Positions 22,520 through 32,317 of a stretch of 64,000 bases of DNA are shown in pieces. The notes under the pieces were generated by a model. The model did not search any database and had not been told where the DNA came from. It saw only the letters and a program-made list of their open reading frames with translations. A program made the position numbers and the translations under genes. How positions within the stretch are numbered: the stretch's first letter is position 1; the number at the start of each line of letters is the position of its first letter. Origin of the DNA: Candidatus Omnitrophota bacterium (GTDB taxonomy: Bacteria > Omnitrophota > Gorgyraeia > Gygaellales > Profunditerraquicolaceae); NCBI GenBank assembly GCA_041651115.1, contig JBAZJY010000002.1, positions 478,855 through 542,854 of the forward strand, given 5' to 3'.

Positions 22520-23342
22520 GCCGATCGCCGAAAAGATAAAGGAGCAAATAAAGCAGGAAGTGCTGGCTTTGAAAAGCAAGCCTGTGCTTGCCAGCGTGCA
22601 GGCAGGCGATAACGCGGGCGCTGAAGCCTACGCGAAATCTCAAAGCAAAGCCGCGGCAAACCTCGGCATTGAATACCAATTCCATAAACTGCCGGAAAAC
22701 ATATCTGACAGCTCGCTGATAGAATTCATCCAGAAGCTCAATTCAGATAAATTCGTCAACGGCATCATCGTGCAAATGCCCCTGCCGCCGCACATAGATT
22801 ACAAAAAGATCAGCCAGTTTATTTCCCCCGATAAAGACGTGGAAGGGATGCATCCGTCCAATATCGGCAGAGTCCTTTCTGGCAAGGCGCAGATCATTCC
22901 CTGCACTCCGGCAGCGGTGATGGAGCTTTTAAACGAGACAGGCGTTGACCTATACGGCAAAGAGGCGGTTATCGTCGGCCACAGTGAGATCGTCGGCAAG
23001 CCGGTTTCTTTGTTATTGCTGGATAAATTCGCTACGGTTACGGTTTGCCATATCGGCACGTCAAAAGCAGGTAAGCTCCAGGAACATGTTGCCAAAGCCG
23101 AAGTCCTGGTTGTTGCCGTGGGAAAAGCAGGCTTGATAAAAGGCGAATGGGTTAAAGAAGGCGCGATTGTCATTGATGTCGGCATAAACCGCGTAAACGA
23201 TAAGATCGTCGGAGACGTGGAATTTGAAGGGGCGGAGAAGCGCGCTGCCTGGATTACGCCGGTCCCCGGCGGTGTAGGGCCGCTTACGGTCACGATGCTG
23301 ATGCGCAACGTCGTAAAGGCGGCGAAATTGCAGCAGGAATAG
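22497..23342 (+). CDS. folD: bifunctional methylene-THF dehydrogenase/cyclohydrolase
   Basis: FolD motifs IVQMPLPPHID and PVPGGVGP. Confidence 0.92.
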   Translation: MAKLLEGKPIAEKIKEQIKQEVLALKSKPVLASVQAGDNAGAEAYAKSQSKAAANLGIEYQFHKLPENISDSSLIEFIQKLNSDKFVNGIIVQMPLPPHIDYKKISQFISPDKDVEGMHPSNIGRVLSGKAQIIPCTPAAVMELLNETGVDLYGKEAVIVGHSEIVGKPVSLLLLDKFATVTVCHIGTSKAGKLQEHVAKAEVLVVAVGKAGLIKGEWVKEGAIVIDVGINRVNDKIVGDVEFEGAEKRAAWITPVPGGVGPLTVTMLMRNVVKAAKLQQE

Positions 23343-23370
23343 TCGCGCTTGCTGCGCAAGGAGGCGTAAA

Positions 23371-24039
23371 ATGGCAAATAATAAATTTTCCATAGGCGAA
23401 GCATTGAGGTTCGGATGGGACGCAGTGACAAAAAATCTCGGTTTATTTTTAGGGATGACGGTTATCTGGGTTATTTTGATTTACGTACCTACTGCCGTTG
23501 CCAACACGTATAAGGATAAATCAACCCTCTTCTATATGCTGGCCAGTATTGCTGCGTCGGTGATCGGCGTGATCGTCCAACTGGGCATGATGAAGGTGAT
23601 GCTTGATTTTTATGACGGCAAGAAAATCAATTTTTCCGGGTTATTTTCCTGCGGCGGCTTGGTCATTCCATACGCCATCAGCGCTTTTTTCTACAATGCG
23701 GTTTCTTTGGCGGGTTTATTATTGCTGATCATTCCGGGCGTTATTTGGATGGTCCAGTTTGGTTTTTACGGTTATTTTATCGTAGACAAGGGCAGCGGCC
23801 CCATAGAGGCGCTTAAAAAGAGCTCGGCAATCACTAAAGGCGTAAAATGGGACCTTATTCTTTTTGGGTTAGCATTTTTTGGCATCAACTTAGCAGGGAT
23901 ATTGGCGCTGGGTATCGGCATATTGGTTACCCTGCCTGTTACCATGCTGGCTACAGCATTTATTTATCGTAAGCTGTCATGCCTGTCGGCAGACAAACTT
24001 GCCGGCGCGGAAACTGCGCAGCCCGCCGCAGCCGCTTAA
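23371..24039 (+). CDS. integral membrane protein of unknown function
   Basis: About five or six hydrophobic helices, RBS GGAGG upstream, no recognisable catalytic motif; sits between folD and metF. Confidence 0.55.
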   Translation: MANNKFSIGEALRFGWDAVTKNLGLFLGMTVIWVILIYVPTAVANTYKDKSTLFYMLASIAASVIGVIVQLGMMKVMLDFYDGKKINFSGLFSCGGLVIPYAISAFFYNAVSLAGLLLLIIPGVIWMVQFGFYGYFIVDKGSGPIEALKKSSAITKGVKWDLILFGLAFFGINLAGILALGIGILVTLPVTMLATAFIYRKLSCLSADKLAGAETAQPAAAA

Positions 24040-24053
24040 TAGAAGGGGACCAG

Positions 24054-24923
24054 ATGAATTTTAAGGAAAAATTAAATTCGGGAAAGTTCCTCGTTACTTC
24101 GGAGATCGGCCCGCCTAAAGGCATAGAGACAGCAGGCCTTCTTGAAGACGCAGAACTTGTGCGCGGCAGGGTTGACGGGATAAATGTCACTGACTTGCAG
24201 AGTTCGGTGCTGCGCCTTGGTTCGCTTGCCGTGTGCGCGGCGCTTAAGCAAAATGGTTTTGAGCCCGTGTTCCAGGTAACTTGTCGTGACCGTAACCGCC
24301 TGGCGCTTCAGTCAGATATCCTTTCCGCGGCAAGCCTGGGTATTGAAAATCTCCTGATATTGACCGGAGACCATCCTGCTGCCGGAGACCACCCCGAGGC
24401 AAAGCCGGTGTTTGACCTTGATTCTGTGCAACTATTGGAAGTGGTAAGGGGCCTGAAACAGGGCGTTGACATGAAAGGCAATAAACTTGAAGGCAGGTTC
24501 CCTGAATTTTGCGTTGGCGCAGTGGTCAATCCCGGTGCAGACCCGCTTGAGCCGCAGATTATAAAAATGGAAAAGAAGATCGCTGCCGGAGCCCAGTTTT
24601 TCCAGACGCAGGCGATCTACGACATAAAGGTTTTTGAAAATTTTCTTGAAAAAACAAAACACCTTAAGACGGTGATCCTGGCGGGCGTTGTGCTGCTTAA
24701 GTCCGCAGGCATGGCAAGGTTTATGAATAAGAACGTTGCCGGGATCTTTGTGCCTGACAACCTGATCAAGGAAATGGAAGAGACAAAAGATAAGGCAGCC
24801 AAGTCTATAGAGATCGCTGCCCGGTTGATAAAAGAATTAAAGCCCATGTGCCGGGGCATTCATGTCATGCCTATTGGCTGGGATAAGAAAGTCCCCCTGG
24901 TGCTTGATGCCGCAGGTTTATAA
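24054..24923 (+). CDS. metF: methylenetetrahydrofolate reductase, acetogen-type (short, no NAD(P)H domain)
   Basis: MTHFR TIM-barrel sequence (VTSEIGPPKG...QVTCRDRNR...LILTGDHP); about 290 aa; start at the ATG at 24054. Confidence 0.85.
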   Translation: MNFKEKLNSGKFLVTSEIGPPKGIETAGLLEDAELVRGRVDGINVTDLQSSVLRLGSLAVCAALKQNGFEPVFQVTCRDRNRLALQSDILSAASLGIENLLILTGDHPAAGDHPEAKPVFDLDSVQLLEVVRGLKQGVDMKGNKLEGRFPEFCVGAVVNPGADPLEPQIIKMEKKIAAGAQFFQTQAIYDIKVFENFLEKTKHLKTVILAGVVLLKSAGMARFMNKNVAGIFVPDNLIKEMEETKDKAAKSIEIAARLIKELKPMCRGIHVMPIGWDKKVPLVLDAAGL

Positions 24924-24926
24924 TAA

Positions 24927-25790
24927 ATGACAAAGGTATTGATTATCGGAAATTCCGCAGCGGGCTTTTCCGCCTGCCGGCTATTATCGGGTTCCTCAAT
25001 AAAACTAGAACTGACTGTAATTTCCAAAGAACCCCATCCTGCCTACCGCAGGGACCTGCTTATTGATTATTTTTCAGGTAAGCTGCAGGAAAAGGAAATT
25101 TTTCTTACCGGGGAAGATCCCAATAAAGTAAATCCCGTGGCCTTGCGCGAAAATTCTGAAGTAGTAAAAATAGATACAAAAAGAAAGACAGTTTCCTTAA
25201 AAGATAAGTCAAAGCTGGAATACGACTATTTAATTATCGCTTGCGGCCAGAAAGTAAGCCTGCCAGATATCCCCGGTAAGACTAAAGAAGGCGTATTTGG
25301 TTTTTATGAACTTTCAGATGCGATCAGGATCAAAGAAAGCCTGCTACTGCCGCATACGGTTTGCGTTATCGGTAAATCCCCGCTTGCCTTGCGCATTACA
25401 GAGGCCATTGCCTCCATGGGCAAAGATGTGCAATTAATCTCTGACGTGGAATTGCAGGAATTTATCGGCGAGGGGGCTGAACTGCAGGCGATAAAATTAT
25501 CCAACGGCAAGGTCATCGGCACAACGCTTGCAGTCATAGCGGGGCCATACGTTTCTTCGGCCGCGTTCCTTAAAGAAGGCGATATCGCCAATTCCAGCGG
25601 TTATATCGGCGTGGACAGCGCGATGCGCACGAACATAGAGAACATTTTTGCCTGCGGCAGCGTTGCCGTTAACGCAGGTTTATCGTCCGGGCAAAAGTTA
25701 TGGCAGGATTGCGTAAATGAAGGTATAATGGCTGCTCAAAGTATTATTAACTCTATAGGGGAGAAATCACATGTCGGAAGTATTGATTGA
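24927..25790 (+). CDS. small FAD/NAD(P)-binding pyridine-nucleotide-disulfide-type oxidoreductase
   Basis: N-terminal Rossmann region VLIIGNSAAG and a second one at VCVIGKSPLALRITEAIASMG; 287 aa with no dimerisation domain; immediately downstream of metF. Confidence 0.7.
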   Translation: MTKVLIIGNSAAGFSACRLLSGSSIKLELTVISKEPHPAYRRDLLIDYFSGKLQEKEIFLTGEDPNKVNPVALRENSEVVKIDTKRKTVSLKDKSKLEYDYLIIACGQKVSLPDIPGKTKEGVFGFYELSDAIRIKESLLLPHTVCVIGKSPLALRITEAIASMGKDVQLISDVELQEFIGEGAELQAIKLSNGKVIGTTLAVIAGPYVSSAAFLKEGDIANSSGYIGVDSAMRTNIENIFACGSVAVNAGLSSGQKLWQDCVNEGIMAAQSIINSIGEKSHVGSID

Positions 25791-27954
25791 TCTGGGGACG
25801 AGGGGTACGGACGCGGTATTGAAACTGGCGGGGGATTCTCTTGAGAAGGCGATGAAACAAAGCGGGCCGGAACAGGCTGTCGGGTTTCCCGAGACGAATT
25901 ATTTCCTTCCCTTTATAAACGCTTTTTTGAAATTAGAGGTAAAGACTTTAGACGGCTGCCGAAAGGCTTTGGCGGAGCTGAATAGCTTAAAAAATAATAA
26001 AGCTGCTGCCAATGGTTTCAATATTACTGCCTTGGGCGGCATCTTAAATAAAGGTATTGCCACGCTTGCCGCGGAAGAGATCCTTGCCTGCCTTAATTAT
26101 GCCGCTAAAGAACACCCGCAGAAAGACTGCGCAGGGTTCCTTTCCGATACGCTCCTGCGTTCGCTGGGCATCCAGCTGGTTGACGGAAGGATTGCCGGTA
26201 TCGCGGTCATCCTTGGCCAGGCAAAAGACGCGGATTCGGCAGTGCAGTTAGTGCGGGATTTTCAAAGCCGCAGTATTGTCAGTATACTTGCCGGAAGCGT
26301 AGACGGCAACACTTTTAGAAAACAGCTGGAGAGTAAAAAAGTAGGGATCGGCTTAGATAATTATGTCGTGCCGCTGGGCGATGATTATCTCTCGGCCATT
26401 TATGCGGTTAATTGGGCAATCCGCGCGCCGCTGATGTACGGCGGGTATAAAAGCGGGCAATGGAAAGAGATATTAAATTACACCAAAGAAAAAGTTCCTG
26501 CCTTTGTCGTGTTGCTTAGCCACGTAGACGAGGTGCTTGTGGCAACCGGCCTTGGGGCGCTTGCCCTGGGATTTCCGATCATCTCCGACCTTGACCTGCC
26601 GCAACTGGGTAAGATAGATACTACGCTTTATGAGGCGTTAGTCACCGAGAAAGATTATAAAAAACTTGCCGCCAAATGCATTGAAGTGCGCGGGCTTAAG
26701 GTTAAAGTCAGCAATGTCGCTATCCCCGTGCCTTATGCCGCGGCATTTGAAGGCGAGCGCGTGCGCCGGGAACAATTATATGTGGAATTCGGCGGCAAGG
26801 CCGGCCCGGCATTTGAATACCTGACGACAAAGGGGTTCAATGATGTGGAAGACGGAAAGACCGAACTTATCGGCCCGGATATAGACCAGTTGGAGAAAGG
26901 CAAGCGGTCAATGCCCCTGGCAATTATTGTGGAAGTTACCGGACGGAAAATGCAAAAAGACTTTGAGCCGATATTGGAGCGCCAGATCCACAGGTTTGTC
27001 AATTACGCGATGGGTATCATGCATGTCGGCCAGCGGGATATGAACTGGATAAGGATATCGCAGGATACTTATAATAAAGGTTTCCGTTTAAAAGACCTTG
27101 GCGTGATATTGCATGCGATGCTGCATCAGGAATACAGCGCCATTGTGGATAAGGTCCAGGTAAAGCTTTACACAAAGCAGGAGGATGTGGACAGGCTTTT
27201 GACGCAGGCGCAGGAAACATTTGAGGATCGCGACGAGCGTTTAAGCGGGATGACCGACGAAAGCGTGGATACGTTTTATTCCTGCCTGCTTTGCCAGTCT
27301 TTTGCGCCTAACCATGTTTGCGTGGTGACCCCGGAACGTTTAGGCCTTTGCGGCGCGTATTCATGGCTTGATGCCAAAGCCTCTTACGAGATCACGCCCA
27401 CCGGGCCCAACCAGCCGATAATAAAAGGGGATATTTTGCACAGTAAGCTCGGGCAGTGGAATAACGTAAACGAATTTGTTTACAATAAATCTAATAAGAC
27501 CGTGGAAAAGGTGAGTATGTATTCGTTGATGGATGCGCCGCAGTCTTCCTGCGGGTGTTTTGAGTGCATTGTCGCGGTGATCCCGGAGGCAAACGGGGTA
27601 ATGATCGTGCATCGCGATTATTCGGGCATGACCCCCAGCGGAATGACTTTTACCACGCTTGCCGGTTCTGTCGGCGGAGGAGTGCAAACCCCGGGGTTCC
27701 TCGGCATAGGCAAGCTTTATATCGTCAGCAATAAATTCCTTGCTGCCGAAGGCGGAATTAAGCGCGTAGTCTGGATGCCGAAAGAATTGAAAGAGGCGCT
27801 GGCAGACAAGCTGAATAAACGCAGCCGGGAATTAGGCGACCCGGATTTTATCAATAAGATCTGCGATGAGACGAGCGCTACGAGCGCAGAGGACCTGGTA
27901 AAATTCCTTGAAAAAGTGAATCATCCCGCGCCTGCCATGGAGCCGTTAATATAA
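25771..27954 (+). CDS. acsB: acetyl-CoA synthase, beta subunit of CODH/ACS (A-cluster)
   Basis: Long blocks nearly identical to characterised AcsB: VGFPETNYFLPF, DTFYSCLLCQSFAPNHVCVVTPERLGLCGAYSWLDAKASYEI, and A-cluster cysteines SSCGCFEC. Confidence 0.9.
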   Translation: MSEVLIDLGTRGTDAVLKLAGDSLEKAMKQSGPEQAVGFPETNYFLPFINAFLKLEVKTLDGCRKALAELNSLKNNKAAANGFNITALGGILNKGIATLAAEEILACLNYAAKEHPQKDCAGFLSDTLLRSLGIQLVDGRIAGIAVILGQAKDADSAVQLVRDFQSRSIVSILAGSVDGNTFRKQLESKKVGIGLDNYVVPLGDDYLSAIYAVNWAIRAPLMYGGYKSGQWKEILNYTKEKVPAFVVLLSHVDEVLVATGLGALALGFPIISDLDLPQLGKIDTTLYEALVTEKDYKKLAAKCIEVRGLKVKVSNVAIPVPYAAAFEGERVRREQLYVEFGGKAGPAFEYLTTKGFNDVEDGKTELIGPDIDQLEKGKRSMPLAIIVEVTGRKMQKDFEPILERQIHRFVNYAMGIMHVGQRDMNWIRISQDTYNKGFRLKDLGVILHAMLHQEYSAIVDKVQVKLYTKQEDVDRLLTQAQETFEDRDERLSGMTDESVDTFYSCLLCQSFAPNHVCVVTPERLGLCGAYSWLDAKASYEITPTGPNQPIIKGDILHSKLGQWNNVNEFVYNKSNKTVEKVSMYSLMDAPQSSCGCFECIVAVIPEANGVMIVHRDYSGMTPSGMTFTTLAGSVGGGVQTPGFLGIGKLYIVSNKFLAAEGGIKRVVWMPKELKEALADKLNKRSRELGDPDFINKICDETSATSAEDLVKFLEKVNHPAPAMEPLI

Positions 27955-27955
27955 A

Positions 27956-29758
27956 ATGTTAAATACCGCTTCAAAAGACAAGTGGCAAAGGATCGGCACA
28001 GGAAAACGGACAGGTGTCCTTGTGCCGCTATTTTCCGTCTATTCCCGTGAAAGCGTGGGTATCGGAGATTTTGCAGACTTAAAACTCCTGGTTGATTGGG
28101 CAGTTAAGTCCGGGAATTCCATTATCCAGCTTTTGCCGATGAACGAAGTAGGTTCGGTTTACTGCCCTTACGATTCGGTAAGTTCATTCGCCCTGGAGCC
28201 TTCCTATATATGCCTTAAGCTGCTGCCTTCCTCGCAAAAAGATGCCGCCCGGAAAAAGATTGAATCGTTAAAGCAGATTTTTCCCGCGGGCAGCCAGCAT
28301 ATTGATTACGGCATAAAAAAAGCAAAGACCGACCTGCTTTGGAATATGTTTATTGAAGAAGGCGGCTGCGAAAGCGGGGAATTTAAAAAGTTCAGCGTTG
28401 ATAACAACTATTGGCTGCTTGATTTTGCGCTGTATAAGGTATTAAAGAAATACCTTAAGGATAAGGCCTGGTATGATTGGCAGGCTTGTTATAGAGACAG
28501 GGACCCGGTTGAGCTTGAGACGTTCCGGAACATACACAGCGAAGAAGTAATGTTTCAGATGTGGATGCAATGGCATCTTTTCCGTCAATTTGCCGATGTT
28601 AAAGAATATGCCGCGTCAAAGGGGGTTTTGATTAAAGGCGACCTGCCGATACTGGTATCGCGGGACAGCGCTGATGTATGGGCGCACCCGCAGTTCTTTA
28701 AGCTGCAGTTTAGCGCCGGAGCGCCGCCGGATATGTATTGCGCCAAAGGCCAGCGTTGGGGCATGCCTACTTATAATTGGGAAGCGATTGCCGAAGATAA
28801 TTACCGTTACCTTAAAGAAAAACTGAAGGCCGCGGAAAATTTTTACGACATCATGCGCATTGATCATGTTGTAGGGCTATTCAGGATCTGGAGCATCCAT
28901 TATGACGAGCCGCAGGCAAACCAGGGCTTGAACGGTTTTTTTGAACCGTGGGAAGAAGCGCTGTGGAAAGAACACGGCAGGAAGCTGTTGGTTGAGATTT
29001 TGCATAATACAAAGATGCTTCTTTGCGCCGAAGATTTAGGGGTTATTCCCAAGGCTTGCCCTGAGACGTTGAAAGAGCTGGGGATCCCCGGAAACGATGT
29101 GCAGCGCTGGGTAAAAGATTGGCATACCCGGCATGATTTTTTGCTTCCAAAGGAATACCGGTCGTTATCCGTGGCAATGCTTTCTACCCACGATACGACA
29201 AACTGGCCGGCATGGTGGGAGAATGAGGCCGGCACAGTTGATGAAGCGCTTTTTATCAGGAAGTGTAATGACCGCAAGATTGATTTTGTGCAGGTAAAGG
29301 ACAAGCTCTTTGACGTTGATTTTTCCTGCCACGGCAGGCTGCGCTGGTTAAAAAGCGTCAATTCCGCGGATAGCCTCGTGCATATCCTGGGCAAAAAGAA
29401 AGAAGAGGTCGGTGACTTTATTGATCTCTATAAAAATTCTTATCAGGAAAAAGAGAAGCTCTGGAGTATCCTGAAGTTAGTCGTGCCGATGCAGGAAAAA
29501 AGCAGCCCAGGGGCTGTTAAGGCAATACTGAAATTCACGCTGGATTCAGAGGCGATCTTCTGCATACAGCTGATTACCGACTGGCTGTATCTGGCGGATA
29601 TCTTTAAAGGCGATCCCTACCAATACAGGATCAACCGGCCCGGCACTGTCAGCCCGGAAAACTGGTCCCTGACCATCCCGATATACCTGGAAGAACTCCT
29701 TAATCACGAAGTTACGGAGCAGATAAAAGAACTCATTGTTAGCTCGGGTAGAGTCTAA
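27956..29758 (+). CDS. malQ: 4-alpha-glucanotransferase (amylomaltase, GH77)
   Basis: GH77 N-terminal signature GVLVPLFSVYSRESVGIGDFADL and catalytic region MRIDHVVGLFRIW. Confidence 0.88.
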   Translation: MLNTASKDKWQRIGTGKRTGVLVPLFSVYSRESVGIGDFADLKLLVDWAVKSGNSIIQLLPMNEVGSVYCPYDSVSSFALEPSYICLKLLPSSQKDAARKKIESLKQIFPAGSQHIDYGIKKAKTDLLWNMFIEEGGCESGEFKKFSVDNNYWLLDFALYKVLKKYLKDKAWYDWQACYRDRDPVELETFRNIHSEEVMFQMWMQWHLFRQFADVKEYAASKGVLIKGDLPILVSRDSADVWAHPQFFKLQFSAGAPPDMYCAKGQRWGMPTYNWEAIAEDNYRYLKEKLKAAENFYDIMRIDHVVGLFRIWSIHYDEPQANQGLNGFFEPWEEALWKEHGRKLLVEILHNTKMLLCAEDLGVIPKACPETLKELGIPGNDVQRWVKDWHTRHDFLLPKEYRSLSVAMLSTHDTTNWPAWWENEAGTVDEALFIRKCNDRKIDFVQVKDKLFDVDFSCHGRLRWLKSVNSADSLVHILGKKKEEVGDFIDLYKNSYQEKEKLWSILKLVVPMQEKSSPGAVKAILKFTLDSEAIFCIQLITDWLYLADIFKGDPYQYRINRPGTVSPENWSLTIPIYLEELLNHEVTEQIKELIVSSGRV

Positions 29759-29887
29759 CTATAAATAAAAAAAAGAGAGGTATTACCTCGGGACGAAACC
29801 ATTTGGATAACCTCTCATCGTGATTCAATTTGCAAGTGGTACAGTCAATGGGGTAACGTCCGAAGCGCTTTAAAGTGCTTTTTTAGA

Positions 29888-29920
29888 TTGACAAAGGGTC
29901 ATCAGGAGATATGATATTAT
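29888..29920 (+). promoter_or_regulatory. putative sigma70 promoter with extended -10 (TGaTATTAT) for the TonB-dependent receptor gene
   Basis: TTGACA at 29888-29893 and TG-n-TATTAT ending at 29920; the spacer to the TTGACA is 21 nt, so the -35 is probably non-functional and the call rests on the extended -10. Confidence 0.45.
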
Positions 29921-29967
29921 ACACTATGTTAATCCTTGGTCAAAATAAATAGCCCGGGAGGCGAAGA

Positions 29968-32178
29968 ATGTCTAAGGGATATTGCGTAAGTATTTTCCTA
30001 TCTCTATTCTGTTGTTTCTTCGGTTTTCAAAATGCCTCTGCTGCCGCAGGGGCTCCCAATGTAGTAGCAACTGAAGATCTGCTGTTTATGGAGATTCCTA
30101 CGGTTAGTTCGGTAGGTTTTTTTGATATAGAAAGAAGCAAGTCCCCGGTTTATTCCCAGATTTTCTCTCAAGATCAACTAAAAATATATACCGCGCGTTC
30201 TATTAATGAATTGCTGGATATGTATGCTGTAGGGGTTAGCACATCCTATCATTTTTTCGGCTCTTTAATCGGCCAAAGAGGCATATCGATCGACAGCAAT
30301 GCAAAGACGGCATTTCTTTACGGCGGCGTAAACCTGAATCAGCGTTTCCATTTTGGATATGTAACGCCGCTTGATGTGCCTTTGATGGGAGATATAGATA
30401 AAATAGAGGTAGTTAACGGGCCTGGGGCGATTACCCAGGGCAGCGGCGCAATCAACGGGATTATAAATGTCATCCCTAAAACCGGCGCCACTAATCCCGG
30501 CATTAAGCTGACCGCTGAGCATGGGTTTGTCGATAATCTAGACAAGATTGAAGGTAGTTACGGTAAGGTTTACGATAATGGCAATCTATTTTTCTATTTT
30601 GGAGTTGTAGAAGCCGATGGTTATCATCCTGATTGGGACAGCTCGCAGCTCACTACTCAGGATGGCGTTACCCCCAAGTGGGTAAATGGTGTTCCCGAGG
30701 CCTATAAGGCAAAGAAGTTCGAGCCGGCCAGTTATAAACTTACCTTAAATTGGAATCATAAGGATTTTGGTCTATTGGTTTATTATGCCGATAGCTTTGT
30801 TACGCCTCTGCATGACCCCCAGTATTTTTTGAATACAATGGATGCCAACAGAAATTCTATCCCCACAAATCTTTGGAGCGGGCAAGTAGGAAGCTGGCGG
30901 CAACAGCAGTTAGTTATCAGGCCAAATTATAACATTAAATTAAGCCCGAAAGAGGAAATTGATATAGAAAGCCATGTCCAATTTATTAATTCAGGCCGGT
31001 GGGATAGAAGTATTGATAAGTATGTTGAGCTATGGGCTAATAGTTCTTCGGAGCTTGAGTATTTTTTAAAACCTGTATTTAAGACTACGCGTTTCGATAA
31101 GCATAATTTGGCCGCAGGAATTAGTTTGAGCAAACGCTATTTTTACGACAAAGACCCTTTTTTCGGCGGGAATTTTGATTTAAACGGAGATTCTCGCCTG
31201 GCATATGCGGATAGCTACTTAGCTTCGAATGGCGACTTTTTTAATTGGTTAGAAACGAGCGTATTCTCTGAAGACCAGATTCGCCTTACTGATGCGTTAA
31301 CTTTGATCGCCGGAATTAGATATGATGCCGTGTATTACGGGCAAAAGGATATGTTAGGCACAAGGCTGACAAACCTTCTTTATCAGGAGTTTTTGCCGCG
31401 TTTAGCTGTCGCCTATGAATTAAAAGGCGGGCACATTATTAAAGCATCCTACCAAAAAGGATTTCGCCATCCGGATGTTAATAACCAGAAAACGGTTAAT
31501 AGTGAATTGGCGCCGGTTAAAAGTGAAACTATGGATAGCCTTGAGGCTGGATATTCCGGAACTTTGGCGAAGGGGTTGAAATTAGACGTCAATGCGTTTT
31601 TCAATACCTTTAAGGATACGATCGGCTGGGCATCGAGCGTTGACCCGGAGCAGCCCGGATTTGGTAATTTAACAAAGCCTTTTTCTACTTTAGGCGGCGA
31701 GATTATATTAAAGCTGGACCTGCCCGGGGATTTCCAATACAATCTCGGTTATGGCTTTGTGGAGCCTTATAATTTTCCTGAAAGCGCACAACTATCTGCC
31801 GTGCAGAAAGGCATTATAGAGGTAACCGAAGATCGTAAAGAATTCACCCGGTATCCGAGCCATCAGATTAAAACCAATATTACCAAGAAGTTCTTCAAGG
31901 GCAAATTAACTACCCATCTTAGTTATATATATACCACTGCGCCCGATGAAATGGACCCAACCGGTGGGGCCATGATTCATCCTAATTTCAAAAAAGACCG
32001 TAACCAACTTGATATAAGTCTGGTCTATAAGGTGCGGGAGAATTTTGATTTACAGTTTATCGGAAAGAATTTGACTCAATGTGTTGCTGGACGCCCGGCC
32101 TGGAGCGCAAGCGCGGATGCCACTAATCCCGGCATAGAGGTAGCCACATATTATTTAATCGCCAATCTTAAGTTCTAA
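29968..32178 (+). CDS. TonB-dependent outer membrane receptor
   Basis: Signal peptide; plug-domain motif IEVVNGPGAITQGSGAINGIINVIPK; C-terminal aromatic residue (ANLKF) typical of OM beta-barrels. Confidence 0.85.
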   Translation: MSKGYCVSIFLSLFCCFFGFQNASAAAGAPNVVATEDLLFMEIPTVSSVGFFDIERSKSPVYSQIFSQDQLKIYTARSINELLDMYAVGVSTSYHFFGSLIGQRGISIDSNAKTAFLYGGVNLNQRFHFGYVTPLDVPLMGDIDKIEVVNGPGAITQGSGAINGIINVIPKTGATNPGIKLTAEHGFVDNLDKIEGSYGKVYDNGNLFFYFGVVEADGYHPDWDSSQLTTQDGVTPKWVNGVPEAYKAKKFEPASYKLTLNWNHKDFGLLVYYADSFVTPLHDPQYFLNTMDANRNSIPTNLWSGQVGSWRQQQLVIRPNYNIKLSPKEEIDIESHVQFINSGRWDRSIDKYVELWANSSSELEYFLKPVFKTTRFDKHNLAAGISLSKRYFYDKDPFFGGNFDLNGDSRLAYADSYLASNGDFFNWLETSVFSEDQIRLTDALTLIAGIRYDAVYYGQKDMLGTRLTNLLYQEFLPRLAVAYELKGGHIIKASYQKGFRHPDVNNQKTVNSELAPVKSETMDSLEAGYSGTLAKGLKLDVNAFFNTFKDTIGWASSVDPEQPGFGNLTKPFSTLGGEIILKLDLPGDFQYNLGYGFVEPYNFPESAQLSAVQKGIIEVTEDRKEFTRYPSHQIKTNITKKFFKGKLTTHLSYIYTTAPDEMDPTGGAMIHPNFKKDRNQLDISLVYKVRENFDLQFIGKNLTQCVAGRPAWSASADATNPGIEVATYYLIANLKF

Positions 32179-32284
32179 GATTTTTGTTAATTCTGTGGTG
32201 TAATTTGACATAAAGTAAAATTGAACGACCAAGGGGTTTATGCTTCGGGTTTCGAAAGAAGCGCCTTAACCGGAAAATTAGAGG

Positions 32285-32317
32285 CTGGAAGGGATAAGAG
32301 TCCTTTCCAGTTTTTTT
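32285..32317 (+). terminator. rho-independent terminator
   Basis: Hairpin CTGGAAGGG-gataagagt-CCTTTCCAG followed by a T7 run. Confidence 0.7.

Noticed and set aside
29759-29967. Cobalamin (or other) riboswitch upstream of the TonB-dependent receptor
   Set aside because: No B12 box (GCCACTG) or other aptamer consensus was found, and a promoter-like extended -10 at 29912-29920 leaves only about a 45-nt 5' UTR. The hairpins are more simply the malQ terminator. It is kept only as a low-interest finding.
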